From Euprymna scolopes (taxonomy: Eukaryota): a stretch of 64,000 nt of DNA. Made by a program: the position numbers and the translations under genes. Each line of letters opens with the position of its first letter. Position 1 is the stretch's first letter. The notes beneath the pieces are model-generated. The model saw nothing but the letters and a program-made list of their open reading frames with translations, was not told where the DNA came from and made no database searches. The stretch lies in assembly GCA_053919585.1 (NCBI GenBank), contig CM132785.1. The stretch is one strand, 5' to 3'. Shown here piece after piece: positions 12,093 to 25,339 of this stretch.

Positions 12093-15000
12093 GATGGTCT
12101 ATGCAATAAAACGATTGCCTATACAATAAAACGATGGCCTATACAATAAAACGATGGCCTATACAATAAAACGATGGTCTATGCAATAAAACGATGGCCT
12201 ATACAATAAAACGATGGTCTATGCAATAAAACGATAGTTTATACAATAAAACGATGGTCTATGCAATAAAACGATGATCTATACAATAAAACGATGGTCT
12301 ATGCAATACAACTATGGCCTATACAATAAAACGATGGCCTATACAATAAAACGATGATCTATGCAATAACACGATGATCTATGCAATAAAACGATGACCT
12401 ATGCAATAACACGATGATCTATGCAATAAAACAATGCTCTATGCAATAAAACGATGATCTATGCAATAAAACGATGGTCTATGCAATAAAACGATGGTCT
12501 ATGCAATAAAACAATGATCTATGCAATAAAACAATGATCTATGAAATAAAACGATGGTCTATGCAATAAAACGATGGTCTATGCAATAAAACGATGGTTT
12601 ATGCAATAAAACGATGATCTATACAATAAAACGATGATCTATACAATAAAACGATGGTCTATGTAATAAAACAATGATATATGCAATAAAACGATGATCT
12701 ATGCAATAAAACGATTGTCTATACAATAAAACGATGATCTATGCAATAAAACGATGATCTATAAAATAAAACGATGATCTATGCAATAAAACGATGGTTT
12801 ATACAATAAAACGATGATATATACAATAAAACGATAAGCTATACAATGAAACGATGATCTATACAAAAAAACGATGATCTATGCAATAAAACGATGATAT
12901 ATACAATAAAACGATGATCTATACAATAAAACGATGATCTATGCAATAAAACGATGATCTATACAATAAAACGATGATCTATGCAATAACACGATGATCT
13001 ATACAATAAAACGATGATGTATGCAATAAAACGATGATCTATACAATAAAACGATGATCTATGCAATAAAACGATGGTTTATACAATAAAACGATGATCT
13101 ATACAATAAAACGATAAGCTATACAATAAAACGATGATCTATACAATAAAACGATGATCTATGCTATAAAACGATGATCTATACAATAAAACGATGATCT
13201 ATACAATAAAACGATGATCTATGCAATAAAACGATGATCTATGCTATAAAACGATGATCTATACAATAAAACGATGATCAATACAATAAAACGATGATCT
13301 ATACAATAAAACGATGGTTTATACAATAAAACGATGGTCTATGCAATAAAACGATGATCTATACAATAAAACGATGATCTATACAATAAAACGATGGTTT
13401 ATACAATAAAACGATGATCTATACAATAAAACGATGGTTTATACAATAAAACGATGATCTATGCAACAAAACGATGGTTTATACAATAAAACGATGATCT
13501 ATGAAATAAAACGATGATCTATACAATACAACGATGATCTATGCAATAAAACGATGATCTATACAATAAAACGATGATCTATGCAATAAAACGATGATCT
13601 ATGAAATAAAACGATGATCTATACAATAAAACGATGATCTATGCAATAAAACGATGATCTATACAATAAAACGATGATCTATACAATACAACGATGATCT
13701 ATACAATAAAACGATGATCTATACAATAAAACGATGATCTATGCAATAAAACGATGATCTATACAATAAAACGATGATCTATACAATACAACGATGATCT
13801 ATACAATAAAACGATGATCTATACAATAAAACGATGATCTATGCAATAAAACGATGATCTATACAATAAAACGATGATCTATGCAATAAAACGATGATCT
13901 ATACAATACAACGATGATCTATACAATAAAACGATGATCTATACAATTAAACGATGATCTATGCAATAAAACGATGATCTATACAATAAAACGATGATCT
14001 ATGCAATAAAACGATGATCTATACAATAAAACGATGATCTATACAATACAACGATGATCTATACAATAAAACGATGATCTATGCAATAAAACGATGATCT
14101 ATACAATAAAACGATGATCTATGCAATAAAACGATGATCTATACAATAAAACGATGATCTATACAATACAACGATGATCTATACAATAAAACGATGATCT
14201 ATACAATAAAACGATGATCTATGCAATAAAACGATGATCTATACAATAAAACGATGATCTATGCAATAAAACGATGATCTATGAAATAAAACGATGATCT
14301 ATACAATAAAACGATGATCTATACAATAAAACGATGGTGTATACAATAAAACGATGGTCTATGCAATAAAACGATGATCTATGCAATAAAGCGATGATCT
14401 GTGCAATAAAACGATGATCTATACAATAAAACGATGATCTATGCAATAAAACGATGATCTATACAATAAAACGATGATCTATGCAATAAAACGATGGTCT
14501 ATACAATAAAACGATGGTCTATACAATAAAACGATGGTCTATGCAATAAAACGATGATCTATACAATAAAACGATGATCTATACAATAAAACGATGGTTT
14601 ATACAATAAAACGATGATCTATACAATAAAACGATGGTTTATACAATAAAACGATGATCTATGCAATAAAACGATGATCTATACAATAAAACGATGATCT
14701 ATGCAATAAAACGATGATCTATACAATAAAACGATGATCTATACAATAAAACGATGGTCTATACAATAAAACGATGGTTTATACAATAAAACGATGATCT
14801 ATGCAATAAAACGATTATCTATACAATAAAACGATGATCTATACAATAAAACGATGATCTATGCAATAAAACGATGATATATGCAATAAAACGATGATCT
14901 ATGCAATAAAACGATGGTCTATGCAATAAAACGATGATCTATGCAATAAAACGATGATCTATGCAATAAAACGATGATCTATGCAATAAAACGATGGTCT

Positions 15001-15954
15001 ATGCAATAAAACGATGGTCTATGCAATAAAATGATGATCTATACAATAAAACGATGATCTATACAATAAAACGATGATCTATGCAATAAAACGATGATCT
15101 ATGCAATAAAACGATGATCTATACAATAAAACGATGATCTATACAATAAAACGATGATCTATGCAATAAAACGATGGTCTATACAATAAAACGATTATCT
15201 ATACAATAAAACGATGATCTATACAATAAAACGATGATCTATACAATAAAACGATGATCTATACAATAAAACGATGGTTTATACAATAAAACGATGATCT
15301 ATACAATAAAACGATGGTTTATACAATAAAACGATGATCTATACAATAAAACGATGATCTATACAATAAAACGATGATCTATGCAATAAAACGATGGTTT
15401 ATACAATAAAACGATGATCTATGCAATAAAACGATGATCTATACAATAAAACGATGATCTATGCAATAAAACGATGATCTATACAATAAAACGATGATCT
15501 ATACAATAAAACGATGATCTATGCAATAAAACGATGGTTTATACAATAAAACGATGATCTATACAATAAAACGATGATCTATACAATAAAACGATGATCT
15601 ATACAATAAAACGATGGTTTACACAATAAAACGATGATCTATACAATAAAACGATGATCTATGCAATAAAACGATGATCTATGCAATAAAACGATGATCT
15701 ATACAATAAAACGATGATCTATACAATAAAACGATGATCTATGCAATAAAACGATGATCTATACAATAAAACGATGATCTATGCAATAAAACGATGATCT
15801 ATACAATAAAACGATGGTCTATGCAATAAAACGATGATCTATACAATAAAACGATGATCTATGCAATAAAACGATGGTTTATACAATAAAACGATGATCT
15901 ATACAATAAAACGATGAGCTATGCAATAAAACGATGATCTATGCAATAAAACGA
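12093..15954. repeat. 20-bp tandem satellite, about 193 copies, consensus ATRCAATAAAACGATGATCT
   Basis: Exact 20-nt register over 3.86 kb with substitutions only; stop codons recur in all frames. Confidence 0.99.
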
Positions 15955-16449
15955 AACGAAAGAAAAAAAATTGAATTAAAAATAAAATTATAAGAGAAAA
16001 CCTTAACCCTTCATTAACAACGAATTACAGATTGGATTAAACATCAGTTGAAACTCCAAAAATATATATAAATACACACTTTTAGCAGATAATGGAATAA
16101 AAAGAAAAAAAACTGAATGGATCCGTTCAAACTCAAATAAAACAAAATTTTAAGAATAAAGTTCTAGTGTAAATTTGCTCGGGGGACGCGATTATAATGA
16201 AGCACAATAGCTGCCTCTAACAAATGTTGGCCTGTTGAGAAACGCAGGCGGAAAGTAATCTAAAGGAGAAAAAAATAAGGAAGAAGATAATACCCCACCC
16301 GCATTGTAGGCAGAATCCGATTTTACAACAACCTGCAATAATTCGTTTACTTATATCAAAAGTCAGGCTATAACACAGTTTCTGCCCGCCTATTATCACC
16401 CATTGATATCTAGTATCCGTCTCTCTAAAGGGTAAGTCATTCTAATTAT

Positions 16450-16538
<89 letters not shown>

Positions 16539-16603
16539 TTTTACCGTTGGTACTTGGTTGAGGAACCAGCTCCCCAGTATTAGAAATGGTATCAAACGAT
16601 AGG

Positions 16604-16641
<38 letters not shown>

Positions 16642-16642
<1 letters not shown>

Positions 16643-16930
16643 TAGCAATTTAGCCCAGCCTTGCTCGGGTCCTATGTACTGTTTATAACTGTCCCTATGT
16701 GTGAATACACTTTATACTAAATTTCAAATGTTTAGACCAAAATTTGTCATAGTAATTTCGAAGGGACCGCGGAGGTAAATTTTTAAAAAATCTGACCCCA
16801 ATTTTGACCCATTAACATTAATTATTTTGATATCATATCAAAAGATAAGTTTCACCCATCGCCATGTTACTTACATCTAAAATCTGAAGTCTTTAGACCC
16901 AAACTTGGCGGAGGGATTTTTACTGGTCAA
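16642..16930 (-). mobile_element. 3' fragment of a Helitron-like element related to the 5.6-6.9 kb and 10.7-12 kb family
   Basis: Minus-strand hairpin CCCGAGCAAGGCTGGG then CTAG-T abutting (TA)n; internal GACCCAAA..TTGGCGGAGG motifs are shared with that family. Confidence 0.5.
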
Positions 16931-17129
16931 CTCTTTCAAACACCGTGATATGATACATGATCCAAAGCGATATTACATCACGGTGGACTCAAAACCAGTA
17001 ACTGGGTGTCATGATCGGCAAATGCTTACTCACTAGATAGCCTGCGGGACCTGACCATCATCTTGCAAATTTTGGTTTCTCATCTAATGTTAAAAGATAA
17101 TAATATCACAAGCATTTCTTCTAATTTCA

Positions 17130-18836
17130 GGTGCCAAAATAATATGTATCAAACATAGAATCAAATTAACCAACATAGCCAAATTGTTTCAGAAGGTCAA
17201 ATGGATTAAAAAAAAACAACTATATAGAAAGTAAGAAAAGCTATTAAAGAGACATCCCACTGAACTAAGATATCGGAGACGTAAGAGTCTGTTGTGAGAT
17301 ATGTCCAGTCACCACTATACAAAGAACAAACTATTGTGGACCAAGTGTGGCTTTCAAATCTAATACTAATTAAAATACGAAATTTAAATGTTGGTACATA
17401 CCAAGAAGCATCTCTTACTGAATCTCCACCTATAGATCTCCACCTGTAGAAGGATTTTAAAAGACAGTAAAAATAGCGACTAATACTTATCAAACAACAC
17501 AAGCATACAAGAATGAAGCGGCGGAAGTAGAAAGGGTCGTAGAACTTATAAATGAGGGGAACCCAAACTTGTCATCTCTAAGGAACCAAAATTAGAAAAA
17601 ATTAAAGCCAGCTGGAGCGGAGAAGGTGAACACGTTCTTTTTGTGAACCCCGGGGGATAGCATTTCAAACGTATGGAATTTATTTACGAGAATATGATGT
17701 TTAAATAGTCACAGAATAAAAAGAGACGGTCAATACTTTCATTGGATGTCGGTATGCTGCTATGTTGCCCAATTCATTCTCATAAAACATATAAAAGCGA
17801 CCAAACCGATACCGAAAATGAAAATGAATAAAAATGTAACCATACAGATCTGAAGCAAAAATAGCAGCAAAATAAGGAGTCAAAAGATACAAATCCAAAC
17901 AATGCAGCAAAAAACCTTCTGGAAAAATCAATGAAAGAATAAAATTTACTACTAACTAAATAATCATGGATTTCACGAATGTTTAAAAAAAGAAGAAAAA
18001 GTGCAAGACATAGTCTATTACCTACAGATCAAACGATTATAATGTAGTTAAAAAATAATGAAATATATGACATTGGCTTACTACTAAAAAGCGTACGTCA
18101 GGATACCACAAACAATTTAAAGAATGTACAATTACTAGGAAAGCTTATCTATTTGATATATGCATTTATGAACCTAACCACTAAAAGTAACAGTTAATAG
18201 ACAATAGAAATGTAAACAAAAATATAAGAAAGTATCTTATAGGGGCATTTAATTTCACTACTTCTGTTTTATTACATATATAATGTTCTTTAACATTATC
18301 CTAAAAAGCCAGATACACGTTCATTAATTTATATGAAAGAAGAAACGACTTTCTGCGCATGAATGATATGAAACTCTTTGCACTAACGAAAGGTGAAACC
18401 AGAGTCACTAATCAACACGCTGTCTGAAGAGATGCGGTATAGAAAAGTGTGTACTTCTTTTTATGTTAAATGTGAAATTTGCAAATAATTGAAAATATGG
18501 AATTACCAAGCCAAGTCGATATAAGGGCAACATAAGTAAACATGTCACTTACTAATGTGTGGGGATTTTGGATTAAAATAAGATAAAAACACCATAGACG
18601 AAAATGAAAATTGAAAATATCCCAGAAGAACAAGAAAACACTTAGAAATTTACTTATAAAGTAACATTCTTATATGTAGTATAACTATATCTGGGGAATT
18701 ACTAGTAAGATACATCAGCACGTTTATATGGTTTAACAAATAGAACTAAGGCACATTGGTCATAAAGCTAGTAAACTCATGAACAATGCAAAATTCACTA
18801 CACATGTGGGATTAACACACACACACACGCATACAC

Positions 18837-18873
<37 letters not shown>

Positions 18874-19680
18874 GCAGAAGCCAAAAACGATCATTACTAC
18901 AGTAACGTACACTGACAAAATGTACAACATAACAACGGAGAAGCAAGGAATAAGAAGAACGAAGAAAATTAGAAAGAAATCAGATAGAGGGACAACGTAT
19001 AATGGTGCCAAAACTGAGATTACGAAACATTTGGACGGAAAAAGAGAAATATTCACCTTTATAACGACTGCACGATTTAAATGCGATGGGATCAATTTAC
19101 AAACACGCAAACACTGAAAAAATGCAAGAATACAGACACTGTAGAGAAAGATGCGAAACGATAAATCACATAAAAGAGGATAAAACAAACTGACTCAAAA
19201 AGTATACAAAGGTAGACACGATGAAGTAAGGATCACTCTTTACTGAGAAGTGTGCAAAAAACTATATTTTGAACACCATTAAATGATGGTAAAATCAAGC
19301 ATCTTATGCGACATGGATAAACCCTTCGAAGTCAGAAAATCGGATATCAAAGTAGTTTATACGAAGGAAAAATTCATGACAGATTTTAAATTTTCACGTA
19401 GACCACACTGTGAATATCAAGACGATAGAGAAACGATGCAAATGCATGGAACTGAATAAAGCTGAAAACTGTTATGAAAAATGTAAAAAATCAAAGTTAA
19501 CACCATTACTAGAAAGAACACTGGAAACAATCACAAAAAAGGAAAAAAAGATTGAAATCCCCAAAATGGTAGAAAATATACATAGAATAGCATTAAGGAA
19601 ACTGGCGGAAACAATAATCATCAGAAGCACATGAGCTACATGCAATAAGCAGGTATACTGTAACTTACACAAACGTAAAA
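17130..19680 (+). pseudogene. Heavily decayed R4/Dong-like non-LTR retrotransposon (RT plus restriction-like endonuclease)
   Basis: Motif remnants in the expected order: W..YKKAY..IP (~18070), SIL*GHLISLLLF (GIFQGD.LSPLLF, ~18235), LRMNDMKLFA (YMDD, ~18355), QKVYKGRHDEV...*EVC (~19200), SDIKVV (PD), TPLLERTLETITK (VPIVIGALGTI). Boundaries approximate. Confidence 0.65.
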
Positions 19681-20739
19681 CATAAAAAAGATACAGCATG
19701 AAAGCAATAAAACTGACACAATACGATTGTAATTATTTAGCCACTCCAAAGTTTTTAAGCATCCACTGATAACACCAAATATCGACAAAAGTGGGGGGGA
19801 AGATGAAAAGACCGAGGACTTTAGAAACAAACCAGACAACAATTGGTTGAGTTTGAAGGGGACTGAAACCTTGAGAAAGCTTATTGCGTTCCCAAACCCA
19901 CTATAAACTAATGATTGCCACAACTTAGAAACACATGGTAAACGCTGTTGCGATACTGCAATTAATTTTCAAATGTTATCGAAATAAGTAAGGAGTACAA
20001 TAAATCTTAGAAAACTGTAACACGCATACTCGATAGAACAGCAAAGGTTGAACTAAACGCGAAGTCTTGAATGACCAATGTACAACATTTCGTTAGCTAT
20101 GATAATAATTACATTTTAAAAAATCACATTTTGCAGGGCGGCAGCTTTTCAGGCATGGTCATTAGAACTGCTTCCACTAGAACCCCTTTATTCAATCTGA
20201 TCGCCTCCGTTCCATTTCGATATCCTTCTAAGAACTGCTTCCACATTGTCGAATATTATTACAGAGTTCTCTATGAGCCGCATACTTAGGGCGTCTTTCT
20301 GGCATCAAACCTGCATTATTGCGGCGCTTATCGCCATAGCAAATAACACTTTTCAACCCTAGGCTCATCTGCATTTGGAATTTTTGTTTCCATTTTTTAG
20401 TTTCATGTTTACTGCGTTTAGCCTTGCATATAGTATTTGAATTATGATTGTCTTTTACCTTTTTCTCTTATTATAACTTGTTCCGCAGTATGATTATTAG
20501 TCCTAGCATATAAATCAATTAATATTTTCAACTCTTTGCCTCTTTCTCCAGTAAGTCCTGAAGTGTCGCATTCTTCGATCTGCTTGTTTTCAGTGTTAAT
20601 GATTTGGCCATTTTCTCCTGATATGCGTTACCGATCTATTACATTGTGTATCAATTCTTGGATGTTTTTTAACATTATCACCCCAAACAAGCCACATTAT
20701 CACTTTGGTGTAGGGGGCTTCTATCAGGAGCAACAACTA

Positions 20740-21260
20740 TGTTGGGATTTTGACAGCAAGATGTAGATTCATGTTAGACTTGAACTTCTGCATGTCAGTA
20801 CAGTTGAGGACGCAGGGACATGGAATGGAATTCCAGAGTCTAGTTGTTCTGGGGAAGAAACTACTTGAGTACAAAGATCTTTTAAATCTAGCCATCTCTA
20901 CTGTATTGGGTGGGAAAAGTCATATTTCCTCCTTAATCTGAGTACATTTACAATGTAGCATGCATTTTCTGTTGTGTTTGGCTAAAACGAGCTTAAGTTT
21001 ATGTTACTGATGATATTGTGCAAAACGTAAGATTTTATCTCATTTCCATGAATGAACTTGAAGCACTGCACACAAATACCCAAGAGGCAAGTATAACTGG
21101 CAACAGTCATACACGCAATAATAAAGTAAAGTTGTACTTGATATAATTGGTTTATTTGGATAGATACTGTGATAAATGTAAGATATTTTATGCGCATATT
21201 GGGATTAAGATGTAAGAAGATGCAGAAGTTCGGGCAGGAGCTGTTGTAAAGCAAGCATTT
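20740..21260 (-). pseudogene. CR1/L2-group LINE ORF2 C-terminal fragment
   Basis: Minus-strand RSLYSSSFFPRTTRLWNSIP at about 20880-20820, the typical C-terminal SFFPRT..WN.LP motif. Confidence 0.6.
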
Positions 21261-21599
21261 CAATAAGTTGGTTTAAATGCATGAAAGTTGAAGTTCCATT
21301 GTACATGCACCTGGAACACAAGCCTTCACTAGCTGGCTTTGATAAAAATAACAGCAGATCCCTCTTTCTAATCTTTAAATTGTTCATTCGTCCATCCCTC
21401 ATAACACGCGTCGCAAATCAACATTCCTTACTTTGAAAATAGATAATGCCTCTTTCGGTTTATGCCAACAGATAAGCAGATATAAAACGACTCAAAATAC
21501 ATTGTCAGGTAGATTAAATCTGTAAAGGTTCGAATAATGGACAATTCTGGATAAAAATTGATTGAAAAGGGCGAATATAAAAATATCAATACTGGCAAA

Positions 21600-22460
21600 G
21601 AACTTGCTGGGAATTTTAAGACAGCCATGTATCAAAGTAAAACATTAATAGACATAGATATGTGATGTATCAAACGTAGTATTACTTACTCCCTTGGGGT
21701 TTTGACACATATCATCATTTTAATTTTCTATTTGTGAACAGGCGTTAGTTTATGGTTACAACAAGTCGTCCTAGATCTACAGTATTTTCTACTTCTCTCT
21801 ACAAACTTTTCTCTATGCCTAATAAAACAGATACGATTCTTTCGATCGAGAAAAAAAAACTGTATAGCTTTGTGAACACACGTGTCAAGTAAAAATTCAA
21901 TATGCTTACACTAGCTGCTTACATATGTGGTATGTACTTAGGTTATTATCATTTGCATTTTATTTCTTTTCTATTCCGGCATGATTCCCTCTCATTTAGA
22001 AGGGCAATACCTTCTCACTAATTCCTTTCTCTTTATACACGTTCATAAAACACTGGGCAAATATCACACAGTATTCGCCTCCCGGTAATGGCCGCTATAC
22101 TTTAGGTGTACCTCTCGTATTTTATCAATTTTCTCAAAGAAAATAATCAATTGGATATTTTACTCCATCTTCTGACTTATATAGCAGTTTCCCTTTGCTG
22201 TTTTATTACATTCTGTGCATCCATTACTTTGTAATCATTTTAATTATAGCGAGCACCTGAAAGCATGTATGTGCTCATCTGACCATGGTCTTATACTTTA
22301 TTACGTGCATTAATGATGTAACAATACTTAAGTATCATATACTAATTAACAGCAGCTCTGAACTACAACTATATAGTAAATAATTATTTCTAAGATTGAA
22401 AATGAAAATTATTTGGTCATCGACAAGCAGTTCGCCCACACACTTCTATATAAACGGTCG
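21600..22460 (-). pseudogene. Possible very old piggyBac transposase relic
   Basis: Weak colinear motif remnants: LLVDDQII (VDE.MI), DYFSL, LSTYH, TVDLG (GVD), LRLIHH..SINVLL*Y. Many stops. Confidence 0.3.
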
Positions 22461-24198
22461 TGCAACAACTCCAGCAATACACGTATTATTCTCATGATAT
22501 TAGCGTCACGTGTTTACGCACTAACTCCATCTGTTCTAATTACAACGCTTTCCCCCACCGTTCACCATTGAATTTCTTCATTACTTTTAGGAATTTTTAA
22601 ACAATACAAGATACATTTTACTGTAATTTACGACTGAATATATTTCAAGCATATATAGGTAATTATATATACATTTCCATACATATCGTTGTCCTGAAAC
22701 ACACAGTTCTTATATGTTTCCATTCATTAAATGACACACGTTTTAAGGGTATTTTGTAAAGATTATTTTCCTTCATAACGTTCTTAATATATCCTTATAC
22801 ATAATTTTTTGTATCATATTTTATTACTTAAATTGTTAATTACATTATTTTCCCAATACAGTTTTGAACAAAGTATATATGTCTGGGTGCAATTGCACCA
22901 ACTAAAATAAGTTATATTTATATGCGTGTTTGCCAAAAGAGCACTCTTAGCATGTTTGGGCAATTAAAACCCCAAAAATGTTACAGTCATATTAAAGTTT
23001 TCCAATTTCCTAATTTATATTTGATTCAAAATAAGTGTTTTGAAAAGTGTGGCCATATTTTTACTTTAAATTTCCCGCTCACAATTAGATCCTACCACAA
23101 ACGGAAACAACGGAATAAGGCGTACATTATTCTCTTACACTCCAAAACCAAGAACAAAATTACGTACCGGATTTATACTTTTTCAGTTTCAGATCCAACA
23201 ATTGATTTCTTCTGTGGACAAAAGGCTGCTTAAAAGTATTTTTAAAAAAATGATGAATACGGCGATAAATAATTCATTTATATGAGGCTTAGTATGACTG
23301 ATGTGCTTTTTTATTATTCTTTAACAGAAAAATATAATAAGAAATGGAATTTCATGATTAAACATTGTATATTTGCCATAATACAACTGTAAAAAACGTT
23401 TAATAACTCGACGGGCAGTGAAAATTCCTGTACAAAGAATAAAATGTCATAATTTTGTGACTATCGCATGAATTTGAATAACAGTTTAGGAAATAATTAA
23501 CCTTAAAGCAGTCATTTGATTATACAATTTTTTTATTTTTAATGATATATATTTAGTGAAATATTAGTATTTTACTAATCTGCAATAAAGCGATTGACGT
23601 GCCTTTTTTCGTATCTAGCGTTCGTTATGGCATATGCCATGATCTTCGCGGGGCGTTGAACGTTTTAACACATATCATAAACAGTTAGCTGTAAAAATAG
23701 TTCAATAAATACAATAGCTAGCATCTTTGTGTTACTAGACAGGGGAAAGGGCATGCCTTTTCGTTGCATATATCGTTGTATTGTTCCAAACACGCTTGTG
23801 AAAATGTAAGTCTTCTTCCATCCCGAGAAAGAAAAAGAAAACAAATTTGTTTCCGATATTTTCGTATATTCATGTTGCGATTTTGGGGGTAGGGGTGCAC
23901 AATGTTTCTTTTTCGGATGTTACATATTACTTTCTTTGAAATCGATTGCCTTAAAGGCTGAACAGCTGTCTTTCAGTCAAGAACTTGGCTTCCTCGTCCT
24001 CTCACTTCGACTTGTTCGCTTCAAATGTCTATTGGTTATGTGCAAGTATGTCCGCAATCAAAGCAGACCAAGTCACGTATCGTTTACTTAAGCTAAATCA
24101 TTGTTTACTTGGCTCGCTAATTATAAGCTACCTAAAAATTCCTAGATTGATTATGCATATAATACTTGCGTATATTAGGGAAACGTCGAACCTCATGG

Positions 24199-24249
<51 letters not shown>

Positions 24250-24283
24250 CTATAGTAGTAATTTATAAAATATATATGGCGAT

Positions 24284-24337
24284 TAAGCTACACTGAATAT
24301 TCTGCGTTTCATCCAACTATAGGATTCGTCAGGCTTA
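24284..24337 (-). ncRNA. Intact-looking type I hammerhead ribozyme (family A)
   Basis: TAAGC-CTGACGA-ATCC-tatagtt-GGAT-GAA-ACGCAGAA-ta-TTCAGTGT-A-GCTTA: full core, 5-bp stem I, 4-bp stem II, near-palindromic stem III, GUA triplet. Confidence 0.85.
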
Positions 24338-24484
24338 TGCGCGAATTCTGTCGTTGCTTCTTGTTTTTATAAATGTTGAGGATTTCTAGTTGGCCAATCA
24401 GCTTTCTAGTCTCCAGAAAGCTGATTGGCCAACTAGAAATCCTCAACATATATAAAAACAAGAAGCAACGACAGAATTTGCGCA

Positions 24485-24538
24485 TAAGCCTGACGAATCC
24501 TATAGTTGGATGAAACGCAGAATATTCAGTGTATCTTA
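24485..24538 (+). ncRNA. Type I hammerhead ribozyme (family A) with a G>T change at position 1.1
   Basis: Mirror copy of 24284-24337; core intact, but the first stem I pair is broken (TCTTA instead of GCTTA). Confidence 0.75.
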
Positions 24539-24677
24539 ATCGCCATATATATTTTATAAATTACTAACTAGCTCTACCTACGTATTGAGCACTTTTGAAG
24601 TAAATACTTAAAGTTTACGCATAAATCTATACTTTCGTATATTAAATTTATGTGAATAAATGTAGTAGTTATATGTA

Positions 24678-24747
<70 letters not shown>

Positions 24748-24772
24748 TATTTTTTACTATAATAATTAAATA

Positions 24773-24818
24773 CCTACAGACACTAGTGTTTCATCTTTTC
24801 GAGAATCTTCAGAGTAGG
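24773..24818 (-). ncRNA. Minimal type I hammerhead ribozyme (family B)
   Basis: CCTACT-CTGAAGA-TTCT-cgaaa-AGAT-GAA-ACAC-ta-GTGT-C-TGTAGG: full core, palindromic stem III ACACTAGTGT, GUC triplet. U-U mismatches at the core-proximal pairs of stems I and II. Confidence 0.8.
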
Positions 24819-24827
24819 GTATCACGA

Positions 24828-24912
24828 TTAATACCAGTCGAGCGATTTGAACCCCGCAACACGAGACATCTCTGGCTCGATTAGCGGAGACATAATCCAT
24901 TCGGCTACCATT
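24828..24912 (-). mobile_element. tRNA-derived Pol III head immediately upstream of the HHR
   Basis: Minus strand TGGTAGCCGAATGGATTA (A box/D-arm like) ... GCGGGGTTCAAATCGC (B box/T-arm like). Confidence 0.65.
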
Positions 24913-25005
24913 AACTGCATGAAATAACGTTGAATTTACACATCTTAATTTTAAATGTTCATTTACGTCAGTCAGGCAGTGATCTAATCGTTATACGGTG
25001 ATCTA

Positions 25006-25057
<52 letters not shown>

Positions 25058-25291
25058 GAATAAAGTTATTTAACAATCAGCTGTTATGGACACCTGTGAT
25101 TATGAGATTTACATATAATACTTGCAGAAATATTCTATAAGTATTATCCCATCTAACTAAGAATTCTCGATATGCAAGATAGAGCAAATAAATTAAATTA
25201 TAGTGATTCAATGAATTTCAAAAAAGCTTTGAGTTTCATATCAAGGATATTTATTATTCTAAGCAAGACAAAGAACACTTTAGAAATTTTA

Positions 25292-25339
25292 TCTCCTAAT
25301 TCTACAGGGTTTCAATGTCGACCGTCTCTTCAGAGGAGA
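25292..25339 (-). ncRNA. Degenerate type I hammerhead ribozyme (family C)
   Basis: TCTCCT-CTGAAGA-GACG-gtcga-CATT-GAA-ACCC-tgta-GAAT-T-AGGAGA: perfect 6-bp stem I and intact core; stems II and III partly decayed. Confidence 0.65.

Larger units (their letters stand above)
24256..24566. repeat. 311-bp near-perfect palindrome (152-bp arms, 7-nt spacer), PLE inverted-pLTR-type insertion between (TA)n tracts
   Basis: Arms 24256-24407 and 24415-24566 are reverse complements with about 3 mismatches; spacer AGTCTCC; (TA)n at about 24202-24248 and 24682-24742. Confidence 0.95.

Noticed and set aside
12093-15954. 20-bp array as a CRISPR array or coding repeat; each unit can be read as micro-ORF MIY(T/A)IKR* with an ATGA stop-start overlap
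   Set aside because: No unique spacers, no cas genes and a eukaryotic context; the micro-ORF follows trivially from the unit sequence and nothing suggests translation.
24140-24195. Possible HHR ending GAAACGTCG before (TA)n
   Set aside because: No CTGANGA core or convincing stem I upstream.
24828-24912. Functional tRNA gene
   Set aside because: A and B boxes are present but I cannot form a complete cloverleaf or acceptor stem; treated as a SINE-like head.
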